Source: Phyllobates terribilis (taxonomy: Eukaryota). From it: 64,000 nucleotides of DNA. Positions within the stretch are counted from its first letter, which is position 1, and each line of letters opens with the position of its first letter. This document shows positions 27,101 through 37,033 of the stretch, one piece after another. The stretch is from positions 421,290,001 through 421,354,000 of the forward strand of contig NW_027362767.1 of NCBI RefSeq assembly GCF_046119375.1. Direction: 5' to 3'. The position numbers and the translations under genes were made by a program. A model generated the notes under the pieces. That model had not been told where the DNA came from. It saw only the letters and a program-made list of their open reading frames with translations, and ran no database searches.

Positions 27101-30100
27101 AGGCCGAAGTGGATTAGACAGCCTTAATTGTTCTCTACCTCTTACTCCTTCTTATCTACCCACCCCTTCTTCCTTCTCATCTTCCCAACCCCTCCTCCTC
27201 CTTCTCATCTTCCCAACCCCTCCTCCTTCTCATCTTCCCAACCCCTCCTCCTCCCCCTCCTCCCAACTCGTCCTCCTCCTCCCAACTCGTCCTCCTCCTC
27301 CCAACTCGTCCTCCTCCTCCCAACTCGTCCTCCTCCTCCCAACTCGTCCTCCTCCTCCCAACCCGTCCTCCTCCTCCTCCCAACCCGTCCTCCTCCTCCT
27401 CCCAACCCGTCCTCCTCCTCCTCCCAACCCGTCCTCCTCCTCCTCCTCCCAACCCGTCCTCCTCCTCCTCCTCCCAACCCGTCCTCCTCCTCCTCCTCCC
27501 AACCCGTCCTCCTCCTCCTCCACCCAACCCGTCCTCCTCCTCCTCCTCCCAACCCGTCCTCCTCCTCCTCCTCCTCCCAACCCGTCCTCCTCCTCCTCCT
27601 CCCAACCCGTCCTCCTCCTCCTCCTCCCAACCCGTCCTCCTCCTCCTCCCAACCCGTCCTCCTCCTCCTCCCAACCCGTCCTCCTCCTCCTCCTCCCAAC
27701 CCGTCCTCCTCCTCCTCCTCCTCCCAACCCGTCCTCCTCCTCCCAACCCGTCCTCCTCCTCCTCCTCCCAACCCGTCCTCCTCCTCCTCCTCCTCCCAAC
27801 CCGTCCTCCTCCTCCTCCCAACCCGTCCTCCTCCTCCTCCTCCCAACCCGTCCTCCTCCTCCTCCTCCTCCCAACCCGTCCTCCTCCTCCTCCTCCTCAC
27901 AACCCCCCTCCTCCTCCTCCTAACCCCTCCTCCTCCTCCTCACAACCCCTCCTCCTCACGACCCCTCCTCCTCCTCACGACCCCTCCTCCTCCTCACGAC
28001 CCCTCCTCCTCCTCACGACCCCTCCTCCTCCTCCTCCTCACGACCCCTCCTCCTCCTCCTCCTCACGACCCCTCCGACCCCTCCTCACGACCCCCCCTCC
28101 TCCTCCTCCTCACGACCCCTCCTCCTCCTCCTCACGACCCCTCCTCCTCCTCCTCACGACCCCTCCTCCTCCTCCTCACGACCCCTCCTCCTCCTCCTCA
28201 CGACCCCTCCTCCTCCTCCTCACGACCCCTCCTCCTCACGACCCCTCCTCCTCACGACCCCTCCTCCTCACGACCCCTCCTCCTCACGACCCCTCCTCCT
28301 CACGACCCCGACTCCTCCTCACGACCCCGACTCCTCCTCACGACCCCGACTCCTCCTCCTCCTCCTCACGACCCCGACTCCTCCTCCTCCTCACGACTCC
28401 TCCTCCTCCTCACGACTCCTCCTCCTCCTCACGACCCCTCCTCCTCCTCACGACCCCTCCTCCTCCTCCTCACGACCCCTCCTCCTCCTCACGACCCCTC
28501 CTCCTCCTCCTCCTCACGACCCCTCCTCCTCCTCCTCCTCACGACCCCTCCTCCTCACGACCCCTCCTCCTCACGACCCCTCCTCCTCACGACCCCTCCT
28601 CCTCACGACCCCTCCTCCTCACGACCCCTCCTCCTCACGACCCCTCCTCCTCCTCACGACCCCTCCTCCTCCTCACGACCCCTCCTCCTCCTCACGACCC
28701 CTCCTCCTCCTCACGACCCCTCCTCCTCCTCACGACCCCTCCTCTTCCTCCTCCTCTTCCCAACTCCTCCTCTTCCCAACCCCTCCTCCTCCTCTTCCTC
28801 CTTCTATTCCCAACTCCTCCTCCTCCTCCTCCTCTTCCCAACCCTTCCTCCTCCTCTTCCCAACCCGTCCTCCTCCTCCTCCTCCTCCTCTTCCCAACCC
28901 GTCCTCCTCCTCTTCCCAACCCGTCCTCCTCCTCTTCCCAACCCGTCCTCCTCCTCCTCCTCCTCCTCCTCTTCCCAACCCGTCCTCCTCCTCCTCCTCC
29001 TCTTCCCAACCCGTCCTCCTCCTCCTCCTCCTCTTCCCAACCCGTCCTCCTCCTCCTCCTCTTCCCAACCCGTCCTCCTCCTCCTCCTCCTCTTCCCAAC
29101 CCGTCCTCCTCCTCCTCCTCCTCCTCCTCCTCTTCCCAACCCGTCCTCCTCCTCCNNNNNNNNNNNNNNNNNNNNNNNNNNNNNNNNNNNNNNNNNNNNN
29201 NNNNNNNNNNNNNNNNNNNNNNNNNNNNNNNNNNNNNNNNNNNNNNNNNNNNNNNNNNNNNNNNNNNNNNNNNNNNNNNNNNNNNNNNNNNNNNNNNNNN
29301 NNNNNNNNNNNNNNNNNNNNNNNNNNNNNNNNNNNNNNNNNNNNNNNNNNNNNNNNNNNNNNNNNNNNNNNNNNNNNNNNNNNNNNNNNNNNNNNCCTCC
29401 TCCTCTTCCCAACCCGTCCTCCTCCTCCTCCTCTTCCCAACCCGTCCTCCTCCTCCTCCTCTTCCCAACCCGTCCTCCTCCTCCTCCTCTTCCCAACCCG
29501 TCCTCCTCCTCCTCTTCCCAACCCCTCCTCCTCCTCCTCCTCTTCCCAACCCCTCCTNNNNNNNNNNNNNNNNNNNNNNNNNNNNNNNNNNNNNNNNNNN
29601 NNNNNNNNNNNNNNNNNNNNNNNNNNNNNNNNNNNNNNNNNNNNNNNNNNNNNNNNNNNNNNNNNNNNNNNNNNNNNNNNNNNNNNNNNNNNNNNNNCCT
29701 CCTCTTCCCAACCCCTCCTCCTCCNNNNNNNNNNNNNNNNNNNNNNNNNNNNNNNNNNNNNNNNNNNNNNNNNNNNNNNNNNNNNNNNNNNNNNNNNNNN
29801 NNNNNNNNNNNNNNNNNNNNNNNNNNNNNNNNNNNNNNNNNNNNNNNNNNNNNNNNNNNNNNNTCCTCCAGGTGATTAGAAACACAGACATGTCTTGTAC
29901 ACAAGGATTTCTTCACTGTTTCTAGTTTAGCCTGGTTCACATCTGATGCTTGATTTGATGATTTTCCTCTAGAATCTCATTGTCTTTTTCTCCTACTGGT
30001 CCAATACATAATGATTTAACTTGGTGACTGCTAGAATGGTATAGCATGTTAGGGATGATTTTTTTTTTCCCTGTGTCTGCCTTCTAGTGGCAGCAACCTA

Positions 30101-30716
30101 TACCCAAAATGCCAGTGGGTTATTTTACAATAATGAGAATAGGATTTTATGGCGAGTACTCAAAAGATCCACAAGCTGCTGCTTGTACTGAGCAGTGTGA
30201 GATATCAGTGACCGCAGGGAGGAGGGACCCTGAGGAGCTGTCAGTCAGGCTAAGTGGGTGGAGATTGCGTTAAACTTTTTCAAAGGATTATGAATTATAC
30301 GTGAACTTGATATGTGAATTATACGTTATACAGCCATTCTGACTTAGACCTGATGAGGCTGGAGTATTTACTCTGAAAATATAAGAGCTAAATAACGTAT
30401 GCAGGTTATATTGTGAAATTTGGTGACAGACGTCCTTTAGCCACTACTGTATTTTCTGATTTTTTTTTTTCATTCCATACAGGTTGAAGGCTACGGGGGT
30501 TCCCATGAAGAAAAGTCTCGTCTGAGATCTTTGTTCTTTGATGCCTTTGATCACATTCAAAGTGAAATGGACTTGGTGGGAGTCGGGAGGAGAAACCCTT
30601 CTGTACAAGAGTCCTCCAGCCACGAGAGGAGCTCCTCCACCCCTACCCTGCGATTACTGGAGCACTACTCGGACATGATGCTGCAGCTCATGAGGGAGAA
30701 GATCAGCGGCCAGTAA
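98..30716 (+). CDS. WDR62/MAPKBP1-family WD40 scaffold gene, 3' part (16 coding exons; 5' exons lie outside the window)
   Basis: Exons 98-170, 7568-7679, 7843-7906, 9563-9679, 9757-9878, 10497-10549, 11089-11316, 16408-16556, 17727-17806, 19715-19846, 21618-21729, 21810-21906, 22423-22480, 23674(or 23683)-24432, 25256-25341, 30483-30716. All have AG/GT boundaries and matching phases, with no internal stop. Family motifs: DPSG..ATSCS.K, GECVATM.GHS, LITVSGDSCIFVW, TNGKLP.W, TPEQE.FL..HF.TL, LLEHYS. Symbol withheld because the paralogue is unresolved. Confidence 0.92.
873..2446 (-). mobile_element. Tc1-like DNA transposon inserted in DIRS-A; defective, right TIR truncated
   Basis: TA|CAGTACAGACCAAAAGTTTGGACAC terminus; DD34E-type motifs WSDESKF, QQDND, DLNPIE; ~270-bp TIRs with the outer part of the right TIR missing. 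Confidence 0.93.
2693..3927 (+). pseudogene. DIRS-A gag (CxxC-CxxC finger then LAP2alpha-like region), frameshifted
   Basis: CALC..CSSC frame from 2693; ORF 3424-3927 [17 protein letters not shown]. Confidence 0.8.
3902..5654 (+). pseudogene. DIRS-A reverse transcriptase/RNase H/methyltransferase-like ORF, disrupted
   Basis: [35 protein letters not shown] and AYAFPP motifs; frameshift near 4210 and stop at 5208-5210. Confidence 0.92.
5770..6730 (+). pseudogene. DIRS-A tyrosine recombinase, frameshifted
   Basis: [42 protein letters not shown] and ICRAATWSS motifs spread across several frames. Confidence 0.88.
7189..7441. repeat. Small inverted-repeat (MITE-like) element
   Basis: GGGTGTGGCCAAGC at 7189-7202 inverted at 7428-7441, plus a weaker inner arm; no clear TSD. 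Confidence 0.45.
7568..7679 (+). CDS. WD40 gene exon ([37 protein letters not shown])
   Basis: cttcaag acceptor; G|gtcggt donor; strong family motif. Confidence 0.92.
7843..7906 (+). CDS. WD40 gene exon ([21 protein letters not shown])
   Basis: cttctcttccag acceptor; phases match both neighbours. Confidence 0.92.
8354..9384. mobile_element. PIF/Harbinger-type MITE with internal palindromes
   Basis: TIR GGCT(G/A)TGTGCCCAC; TAA target duplication at 8351-8353 and 9385-9387; palindrome centred at 8922/8923. Confidence 0.82.
9563..9679 (+). CDS. WD40 gene exon ([24 protein letters not shown]...)
   Basis: ttttttgcag acceptor; AG|gtgaga donor; end of the WD40 region. Confidence 0.92.
9757..9878 (+). 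CDS. WD40 gene exon ([17 protein letters not shown]...)
   Basis: ttccag acceptor; AG|gtaatt donor; phases consistent; follows a 77-nt intron. Confidence 0.85.
10497..10549 (+). CDS. WD40 gene exon ([18 protein letters not shown])
   Basis: T-rich tract plus ttctag acceptor; CTG|gtaagt donor; resembles the WDR62 TNGKLPLW motif. Confidence 0.9.
11089..11316 (+). CDS. WD40 gene exon ([22 protein letters not shown]...[10 protein letters not shown]); absent from the ORF track
   Basis: 76 open codons, phase 0 to 0, bridging the exons at 10549 and 16408; YQP.GRW and EP.SL..LL motifs; GAG|gtgagt donor; acceptor ttatag has a weak pyrimidine tract. Confidence 0.85.
11314..11460 (+). repeat. 23-bp tandem repeat, 6 full copies plus a partial, overlapping an exon donor
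   Basis: Unit GAGGTGAGTGATGAGGC(T/C)CCGCT starting at 11314, 11337, 11360, 11383, 11406, 11429; partial at 11452. Confidence 0.95.
11678..12020. mobile_element. TTAA-flanked T2/Kolobok-type MITE
   Basis: TTAA at 11674-11677 and 12021-12024; long imperfect inverted arms beginning A(G/A)GGGTATTCCCA. Confidence 0.85.
12228..16222. repeat. 44/45-bp minisatellite array, ~89 units, with higher-order structure
   Basis: Unit CTCTATACACTTCTATGGACTGGTATTGTGCGTGCCGGACCACCG and variants; degenerate edges. Confidence 0.97.
16408..16556 (+). CDS. WD40 gene exon ([13 protein letters not shown]...[14 protein letters not shown])
   Basis: ttttctcctctcttcag acceptor; AG|gtaacc donor; phases consistent. Confidence 0.85.
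16780..17455. repeat. Mosaic of direct and inverted repeat modules
   Basis: Modules TTTCTCACCCCAGTGCTGGATTCACAGCT, CAGTACTGCTGTAT and CCTTCCATGCTGCTGTTTTGTAG recur in both orientations. Confidence 0.8.
17727..17806 (+). CDS. WD40 gene exon ([26 protein letters not shown])
   Basis: Long pyrimidine tract plus tttcag; AG|gtaact donor; phases consistent. Confidence 0.78.
18197..18291. repeat. GC-rich hairpin, probably the core of a T2-type MITE
   Basis: GGGAAAATGGCCGCCGGAGGCGGTGCATGCGCA is exactly inverted at 18259-18291; a TGACAGGTGCGCT|TTAA-type end lies near 18575-18588. Confidence 0.75.
19715..19846 (+). CDS. WD40 gene exon (DEDSLMSE...[23 protein letters not shown])
   Basis: ttttttgcag acceptor; AG|gtgacc donor; family motif TP.QE.FL..HF.TL. 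Confidence 0.9.
20244..20400. repeat. 39-bp tandem repeat x4
   Basis: CTGCCGGTGACTTCTGCAGTCGGCTGGTATCCCCTGGCA at 20244, 20283, 20322, 20361. Confidence 0.92.
21180..21530. repeat. Degenerate ~60-bp tandem repeat
   Basis: Recurring AGAGAATGAATGGAGCGGCGGTCGAGCATGTGGAGCGCTGCACTCT. Confidence 0.8.
21618..21729 (+). CDS. WD40 gene exon ([12 protein letters not shown]...[14 protein letters not shown])
   Basis: tgtgcag acceptor; GG|gtaact donor; NPRLS.S..FLS motif. Confidence 0.88.
21810..21906 (+). CDS. WD40 gene exon ([32 protein letters not shown])
   Basis: ttctacag acceptor; GAT|gtaaga donor; phases consistent; support is structural only. Confidence 0.75.
22423..22480 (+). CDS. WD40 gene exon ([19 protein letters not shown])
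   Basis: Perfect CAG|gtaagt donor; its phase 0-to-1 is required to join 21906 to 23674; the exact acceptor is less certain. Confidence 0.65.
23040..23325. repeat. ~32-bp tandem repeat
   Basis: Recurring CATACAGTATAATGGGCCCCACATAGTCCTC. Confidence 0.88.
23674..24432 (+). CDS. WD40 gene large exon (contains [22 protein letters not shown])
   Basis: Open frame matches ORF 23706-24455; two in-frame acceptors (23674, 23683); AG|gtaaag donor. Confidence 0.9.
24498..24785. repeat. Inverted-repeat (MITE-like) element, ~70-bp arms
   Basis: ...CATCCCACCGCGAAAAGGTGTACCCA... is inverted at ~24716-24785. Confidence 0.7.
25256..25341 (+). CDS. WD40 gene exon ([29 protein letters not shown])
   Basis: tttgtcag acceptor; GAG|gtaagt donor; CEQ.V.EL helix of the family C-terminal domain. 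Confidence 0.9.
25980..26830 (+). mobile_element. Highly decayed DIRS gag relic
   Basis: [19 protein letters not shown]...LMYPL and P.VDAAS resemble the DIRS gag core; boundaries uncertain. Confidence 0.5.
27170..29870. repeat. (CCT)n-based polypyrimidine minisatellite, three blocks, with N gaps
   Basis: (CCT)n-CCCAACCCGT, then (CCT)n-CACGACCC from ~27900, then (CCT)n-CTTCCCAACCCGT from ~28750. Confidence 0.97.
30483..30716 (+). CDS. WD40 gene last coding exon (...[20 protein letters not shown])
   Basis: T-tract plus tacag acceptor; LLE(H/Q)YS C-terminal motif; TAA at 30714-30716. Confidence 0.92.
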   Translation, partial: VEGYGGSHEEKSRLRSLFFDAFDHIQSEMDLVGVGRRNPSVQESSSHERSSSTPTLRLLEHYSDMMLQLMREKISGQ

Positions 30717-31034
30717 ATCGGCGTCTGGAGGGCAGAAGCCCCTCATCCAGCCTGTCATGGAGTTGCACAAGTTTAACAGTATTTGGTACTTTGGCACTTG
30801 GTTCTGTATATAGTGTATTGGACGACAAACCGAACGTGAAGAAGAAACACAAGCATCGGTTTATCCTCCGTAAGGATGAAGTTTCGAGATAGCAGCTGCT
30901 ACTAACCTACAAAAACATTGCCGGGTCGGACTGACGGTTGACTTCCGATAATCCCTACGTTCTGTACATGTTTTATAACCGCGGCTCGTTCCTCTGTATG
31001 TGTGTAATATATATGACGGGTTTTAGAACCATGT

Positions 31035-31162
31035 AATAAAAAAGTTATAATGTAAATGTTTTATAACTTTCACCCCAGAAGAAAAGACAGGAACTTTGTT
31101 ACAGTGTGAGAATTTTGTATTTTCTCCTCTTTGTATCTGTGTTTGTGCTGTTGATTAATAAA
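31035..31162 (+). promoter_or_regulatory. Candidate polyadenylation signals of the WD40 gene
   Basis: AATAAA at 31035-31040 and 31157-31162, 320-440 nt after the stop codon. Confidence 0.5.
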
Positions 31163-33116
31163 TCACAGGTTAAAAAAGCTGAATTGTCCTATTATTACTG
31201 GATTGCAGAAGTTCTCAGTACCTGCCTGGTATTTTGGAGTTGAAGGTCTTTTTTAAAGGGATTGTCCCCTTTCAACAAACTTCTGCCCCGCAAGCTTGGT
31301 CCCAAATCCAAAATATCAAGTTAGTGTTGCTTCCTAATATTAAGAAATCAAACTTGTATATAAACAATAACTGTTTTGAGGTACACAACAAAAATAAAAA
31401 TGAAAGGTTTAATATAAAGTCAAGAAGCAATGAAAGCAAGTGGAGGTCGATGAGAGACATTAAAATAATGAAGATAAAAAGCCACCAGAATGCAGAATAC
31501 TGCCCAGTACGTATATGCACATTTGTATACCCAGAATTAATTACAATACAATTCTGAAAGTTAGATCTATAGAAATTTTGGTGCAATGTAATACGCACAA
31601 ATAGTGCAATGTAATCCACAAAATGAAATCAATAATAAAGAGATAAAGATGCATTAATAGTCAGACATACCCAAATATAAAAATAAAATGTGTCACCACA
31701 TCAGCCTCCACCTCTGACCCCAATCTATCTCAAGTCCCTTTTGTCACAAGTTTGCAGTTTTTGAAACTTTTGACCACTAGCACAGCTATGTGCCACAATA
31801 ACACACTGTACTTTACTTACCCTCTCCCGGTCTACCACTGCTCCGGTCTCTTGTTTGGCTTCAGCTTTTATAACAGACTAACAGCCATGTAGGTGGATAC
31901 AGTCTTCACTTACAGGTCTAAGCTTCTGCCTGACTCTCTATAACGGCGGTTCCTCTCATCCTGGAGGGCTTATCTCTTCCTCATGGTGCCCACTACAGCA
32001 GCTGTGCTGCAGGATGGAGCTTCTTGCATGCTCCTCCATAGTCCTTTTGGAGAGGCACATTAATTGACAAGTGTTACCATTCTTCTTGCTAGCTTACTAT
32101 TTTGACTTCTTCTGTCTTCAATTACCCTTCTGAGCTCAGGGGGCCCAGGTAGACATGCTATCGCCAACTCCCAATCACAGACTGCAGCGGTCATGTTGGC
32201 TTAAAAATTGAATATACCTCCAGGTGGCCAGTGCTGGATCCACAGGGGTGCTGGAAGGGGAGGATGCCTCGGTTTACTGTTTTAAGACCATCCATGATTT
32301 GAAATACTTCTTTTTTTTTTTTTTTGTCGGACAGCCATTTCCACCAGGCTTATGTTTTTGAGATATTGTGATGGACAAACTTATTTCTATATATGAAATT
32401 AGTTTTAAAATTGACATCAATCACCAGTTGGCCACCATATGGACAGGAAAGGGGTTGTAAAACAAAATATTCACTCCTCACCTATCCCTGTCAGTCCTCC
32501 GCTTGCTCCCTAAGCTCCTGGGCTTCATGTACCAACTAGACCTAGATTCATAGAGACCGTCATTGTCTCATGTGGGGCAATGTGACCACGTAGGGAGATG
32601 CATGTTTTGACGTCATAATGTGCGTCAAGGGTCTTGTTGGTAATGGAAGCCCCAATGAAGAGAAGAATGGCGCTTAGGGATCGATTAGAGGATTAATGGG
32701 GATCTGTGATATTCACAGGTAAGAGACGATGTGAGTTTGAGGTTTTTGTTTTTTAACCCGTGTGGTCAGGAAACATCAGCATCCAAAAAAAATTTTTTAG
32801 GGAAATTGGGTCACTTGATTAGCACTACATAATTTGGATGCAAATCAAGTTTTCCAGCCAAATTTGAGCAAATCTGCCTAATTCAAATTTTGGCAAATTG
32901 ACTCCGCTCCTGTCTAAGGTTAAGTATTAGAGATATTTTTCAAAAAAAAAAACCTAAAGATGATTGGACTTATGACATGAAAAACGAAGACTCATAATGT
33001 GGTTCGTGATCCTACTAAAATCAACAGTCTTCATAATAAATCTCATTAATCTGTTATTTTACAATGGCCTGAAGAACGATCCTGCATCCTCGCTTCGACC
33101 ATGGCTTTCAAAAAGT

Positions 33117-34064
33117 TTAAGTAAAATTTTTTGTTCTTTCACAGAATTTCCACTTTTGTCGTAGGGCTGATTTTACGTCTTTATTTTTTAGGCTGTAGAT
33201 AAGTGGGTTCAACATGGGAGCAATGGCCGTGTTAAACAGAGAGAAGATTAAGTTGGAACCTATGTTCTTCCCGGAAACTGTTACGATATATTGTAAGACG
33301 ATAGAAGAGTAGAAGATCCCAACTACCGTGATGTGCGAGGAACATGTGTAGAAGGCTTTACGTCTGCCGGCATTCGAGCTTATTCTTAAAATGCATGCGA
33401 TGATAAAAACATAGGACATTATAGTCAGGAAGAGTAAAATAAAAATGTTTACATTGCCAAAAATAAGAATGTAAAGGTCCAAAGTTGAAGTGTCACTACA
33501 TGTGATGTCCCGGATGGGCAATACGTCACAAAAATAATGATCGATTTCCTTGGAAATGTAACAAGTGAACCTTGAAATGAACACAAGAGTTGGAACCATC
33601 TCTATGAACCCGAAACCCCAACTGATCGACGCCAGCAGACCACAGAGTCTCCGACTCATGACCGTGTGATAATGTAGAGGCCTACAGATGGCTACGTAGC
33701 GATCAAAACTCATGGCGGCCAAAATTGAGAGCTCGTTACTGGTTAATGAGCAAAAAATATATACCTGGCTCATACAGGCCAAGGTAGAAACCATGTGGTC
33801 TTGCGTTATGAAAATGACGAAAATGTTGTGTAGAGTTGTGGTGGAACTGGATATATCTATCATGGACAAGTTGGAGAGGAAGAAGTACATGGGTGTGTGA
33901 AGGTGAAGATCAAGGCAGACCAGTAGTATAATAGTCAGGTTTCCAATAAGGGAGATAAGATAGATGAGAAGAACCAGAAGGAAGAGGAAAACTTGTAGTT
34001 CAGGTACATCCGAGACTCCTTTAAGTCTAAAGCCTTCTATCGTGGTCTGGTTTATGGAACTCAT
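33117..34064 (-). CDS. Olfactory receptor (class II-like), intact, 315 aa
   Basis: N-terminal NQT sequon; LHTPMYFFLSNLS, MSFDRYVAICRPLHY, KAFYTCSSH, PMLNPLIYSLKN; splice acceptor just upstream at 34086. Confidence 0.96.
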   Translation of the reverse strand: MSSINQTTIEGFRLKGVSDVPELQVFLFLLVLLIYLISLIGNLTIILLVCLDLHLHTPMYFFLSNLSMIDISSSTTTLHNIFVIFITQDHMVSTLACMSQVYIFCSLTSNELSILAAMSFDRYVAICRPLHYHTVMSRRLCGLLASISWGFGFIEMVPTLVFISRFTCYISKEIDHYFCDVLPIRDITCSDTSTLDLYILIFGNVNIFILLFLTIMSYVFIIACILRISSNAGRRKAFYTCSSHITVVGIFYSSIVLQYIVTVSGKNIGSNLIFSLFNTAIAPMLNPLIYSLKNKDVKSALRQKWKFCERTKNFT

Positions 34065-36037
34065 TGATGGACTTGATTTTCTTTACTGTAAAAGTATAAA
34101 TGCCCATATTCAACTCATCTGTATGATTTCATAGTAGAGGTGGGCAATTCGATTTGCGCTGCCCTGCTCTGCCGTCCAGTCCTCTGTCACAGCCGGTTTT
34201 CACTTTTACGCCTGGCATCCTCAGCCCTCTGTCCTTCAGATCCTTTAGCACTTATTAGGTCCTGCAACATCATAATGGGACTAACCTCATAATGGGACGC
34301 AACATCATTCATTCAAAGGACCGAGTAAGTGTAGAAGAAAGTCAAGTTGCTCGGCCTTTGAGGCCAAGCGCAGAAGTGAAATGAAAACCAGCTGCCACAG
34401 AGGATTGGACTAGACGCAGGACCAGGCCAGCGTGATCGAATTGCTCATCTCTAATAGCAACATAACATTTGGACTATAACTTTTTTTTCACAGCTTTGCT
34501 GCTTCTTACTGGCCTTGAGTTGAAAATTTGGACAGACGTAAGATGGCCGTTAGAGATGGGTGAATCTTTTAAAATTTTAATTCGCCATCTTGTCAATTTT
34601 TTCCCAAAAACTCGATTAGCAGCAAATCTAAGTTCAATTGCCATGAAAACACATGTGTAACACTCTGAGGTCTCCTAGGATTGTATTGTAAACTTTTCAG
34701 CTCTTTAACTCAAACACAGCCTTAGTAATGTCCAAGCGACCTCAACATACAATATAAACGGATAGTAGCTGTTTATAACGGTTGTGCTGTCACACACACT
34801 ATTTGTAATGTTCATTCAGTGTTTTAAAGCTTTCTCTCCTTATTGCTATTAGTGAGCTGTGACGTCCACTCACTTTCCAGATTCACTACAAAATATCTGC
34901 TGCATTCCGTCTGCTTTTACACTGGCTATGATAGTCACTCCTGATTGTCTGTGCAATATCATGTGATCTGATAGCTGCCCTGTTCTGCCGATCAGTGCAA
35001 GACCCCCGAGGTCAGTGTGGATAGGTGATAACTTGTTTTTACGGTAAAACCTTTGTGCTACATATGTAAACTGTATAAAATAAATGCAAAAGAATGGTCA
35101 ATGGCAGGGTTTTCTTTAAATGCAAAACAATGGTTAATGGCAGGGGGTTTTTTTTCCAATTCTCCCTTTTCCCTAAAATGACCTTTCTACAACCCACACA
35201 CCCTTATATGGCTATTAAAAAATAAATGTTGGAAAAATGTGTCAATGAAAAGTAAAAAAAAAAACATCTTGGCCATCAATATGGGATAGGGCAGTACTTG
35301 AGAGGTTAAGTGTATTATAACACTTCTCCTTTTTAGGCCGTATAAATCGGACCAAGATCGGAATGCAGTGCGAGGACTGGCCGGCGGCTCTCCCGATCCG
35401 AGTGTGACAGCTGCATAGAAATACATGAAGCTGTCACACTCGGGGAGGGAGAGCTGCCGGCCAGTCCATGGTCTGTGTTCCGATCTTGGTCCCATTTATA
35501 CGGCCGTCTGACTGTGCCCTTACAATTATAATTCAGAAGAAATATTTAATTCCAAGAATGTGCAAAATCCTAGAAAACTGTAATAAATAGGTATAATATG
35601 TGACGGCTACTGGATAATACAAAGTAGTCACTTACCTCCTGTAATATTGTACAGGATGAAATAAAATAATCTAACACAATCATAATAATGTAAGATGTGA
35701 ACGAGAAGTAGTGTAGGATTAAGATGTACACGGGTCGTCCCTGGTGCATCATGGACGGCAGATGCTTCTCTGTCGCTAGATGCCAGCACTTATACATCTC
35801 CTGAGCTGTGGGAAGAAATCTCGAGGGCTCCGAACAAGAAGTGAAACAAAACTTAAGAAGAAGTAAACTTGTAGAGTAATTAAACCAAAAGAAATGAACT
35901 GGAGTATAAGTTGGCATGCATGCAGCTTGTAGGAGCATGTTCACACTGGCCATTAAACAGACAAAAAGCTAAGATAGAAACAAAATGAACATATTTCCTG
36001 CTATAAGTAAAAAGCAATAGTGCATATAAATAACTTA

Positions 36038-37033
36038 TGTAACACCTGCACGGGGAACTGTCAGAGCAGCTACCAGTATACTGGAACTTACAGACACTAA
36101 GAACAGCTTTGTAGCTGCTGTTAAACAGGGACCTACAGACATTAACCGTTTTTCCCCTGAGCTGCAGTGGACTACAATTCCCAGGGACCCTTGTTTCAGT
36201 CAGATGACACAGTTTGGAAGTAATGAAGGAGAGACTTGGGGGAGGGAGCTGGGCAGGAAGTGAAAGTTCAGAGGAGAAGCAGAGTGGCAGCTTGCTGTGA
36301 GAGACGGAGCGGTGTGGATCTGCATTCCTCTACACTGCAGAGTGTGGCGGCCCCCTCTGAGATACCCGTGCTGCTGGAGAGAGCGCGGTCCTGTCACTCT
36401 CTGAAGCAAGTTACATCAAGGACTCGGAGAGTTCTGCCGGCACTCCCACCGTATAAAGGGCTGAATCCTGCTGCCCCCAGCTGGTGTCCAGAGAACCATC
36501 CAACTGTTTGAGACACACAGTGAGTGCCCTTCTGAGACTTGTGGTTCTACCAGTGCTATTTACAGTGAGTACACTACAACCCAGACTATTGACATTAATA
36601 TTCATCTAAGTGCACCAACGGTTCTCATTTGCGCGCCAACATCCGCGGAAACTGAGCCCCAACGTTTGGACTGAGTTAAAGCAAAAAGGGAAAACCTGCT
36701 ATGTTATATTTGCAGGGTCGGGGTAGAAGTAGATTGTGATGTGTATATGACTTTTATAGAGCACCGTTACTTGTATTGTATGTTATTCCTTTAAACCCAC
36801 CTCAATTCTGCTGCATAGCAATAAACCTGTTAAACAGTTTTACTCCTGTTCCCTGTCAGTGTGTACTGAGCTGTGGCAAGGGCTTCCCGAATCAGCCCCT
36901 GGCAGAAGATAACCGTCCTTCTGCAGTCCCAGTGAGAGCTCCAATCAAGATTCGGGTGGAGGCACTGCGCCCTAGAGAGGTGAGACCCCCCATAACACCC
37001 AGTGTAACGTGGTAGCCCTAAAGGGGTGTTACA
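36038..37033 (+). mobile_element. Solo LTR
   Basis: TGTAACACC...GGTGTTACA termini; CTTA target duplication; TATAAA 36452 and AATAAA 36820. Confidence 0.88.

Noticed and set aside
27033-29940. Pro/Ser/Leu-rich and Gly/Arg/Glu-rich long ORFs
   Set aside because: Translations of the (CCT)n tract and N gaps; intronic.
30350-30380. CTGATGAG...GAAA hammerhead-like core
   Set aside because: Stem II needs a bulge, the would-be cleavage base is G, and no stem I pairing was found.
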